Below, in pieces: positions 19,338 to 20,000 of a DNA stretch of 20,000 nucleotides. Each line of letters starts with the position of its first letter. The first letter of the stretch is position 1. The DNA is taken from positions 11,333,923 through 11,353,922 of the forward strand of contig NC_057719.1 in NCBI RefSeq assembly GCF_004010195.1, written 5' to 3'. This stretch comes from Chiloscyllium plagiosum (lineage: Eukaryota). The translations under genes and the position numbers were made by a program. The notes below the pieces were generated by a model that did not search any database, was not told the DNA's origin, and saw only the letters and a list, made by a program, of their open reading frames with translations.

Positions 19338-20000
19338 GGGGGATCCAAGATGGCGGCGACCCAGCAAGACTGAGTCTATAGTGCTCCTCCCAAGACTTGG
19401 GTACAGTGGGTCACCCACCCCCTACCACGCTCACCAAATCATTTATAATAGTTGTGTAATTTAATTAGTTGTGTAATATTACATTTGAACAATTTAATCC
19501 TAAGTAAAAATGACTAAAGGGAAGGGAGCCCGCAGCTCTCAGCAAGCAGGAACCCCTCCCCCACCCTCTCCAGCTGCAGCAGAGGAGTCCACAGCCGCCC
19601 CGGGGGACTTACCTACAGTAACACGCCTTGCAGAAATGATTTCCAAGCTGGATTCGAAGATCGATGCCTTTATTGCAGAATCCAGAAATCGTTGGGACTC
19701 GCTCTCGGCCGCGCTGCAGAAGCACAACCGAGAAATCCTGAGTCGGAGGGGCGGAGTTAAAGGCCGCGACCTCCGAAAATACCGCACAATTGGCCGTGGA
19801 TCAGGTCGTTGATAATCGAGGTCGTCGAAAAAATATTCGTTTGCTGGGCCTTCCCGAACGGGAAGAGGAAGGCCAGCTTACAGCATTCCTGGAGCAGTGG
19901 CTGCCACAGCTTTTAAATCTGCAAGCTGGATCAGGCCAGGTAAGGGTGGAATGGGCCTACCGGGTAGCAATACGCGGGCCCGGCTCGAACCAGCGCCCAC
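19338..20000 (+). mobile_element. L1-clade LINE, 5' UTR and ORF1 (runs off the window)
   Basis: Starts GGGGGATCCAAGATGGCGGC (YY1-type motif at 19346-19357); CpG-rich ORF1 with the L1 ORF1p signature DNRGRRKNIRLLGLPE. Confidence 0.92.
19510..20000 (+). pseudogene. L1 ORF1p (Transposase_22-like), frameshifted
   Basis: MTKGKGARSS...KLDSKIDAF...LQKHNREI in frame 1. The homologous continuation VGGAELKAATSENTAQLAVDQVVDNRGRRKNIRLLGLPEREEEGQLTAFLEQWLPQLL...VEWAYR is in frame 2 from 19742. Confidence 0.88.

Noticed and set aside
1..20000. CRISPR array, prokaryotic operon or retron-like system
   Set aside because: No regularly spaced direct repeats and no intact genes; the RT and nuclease remnants belong to eukaryotic retrotransposons.

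Overview
Repeat-dense, non-genic (intronic or intergenic) vertebrate DNA. The repeat inventory points to a cartilaginous fish: HE1-type V-SINEs, HER1/CR1 LINEs, Deu-domain SINEs, several Penelope-like families, Rex1/Babar, RTE, L1 and a probable solo LTR. A carpet-shark-like elasmobranch is my inference from recall, not from a search. I recognise no host protein-coding exon; the recognisable ORFs in the track are retroelement fragments or their antisense shadows. The most interesting signal is a set of Penelope-derived termini from at least three sequence families, each carrying a minimal type I hammerhead ribozyme motif. One has a compensatory U3-A8 core. Several sit in short inverted-repeat mini-elements with 14-15 bp target-site duplications, a recurrent ~30-36 nt unpaired tail, and junctions that cluster at the ribozyme core. 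Also present: a perfect 20-bp hairpin, non-coding elements with Rex1/Babar-type tails, the intact 5' end of an L1, and repeat-free islands that may be regulatory. Family names come from motif recognition only, and boundaries of old repeats are approximate.
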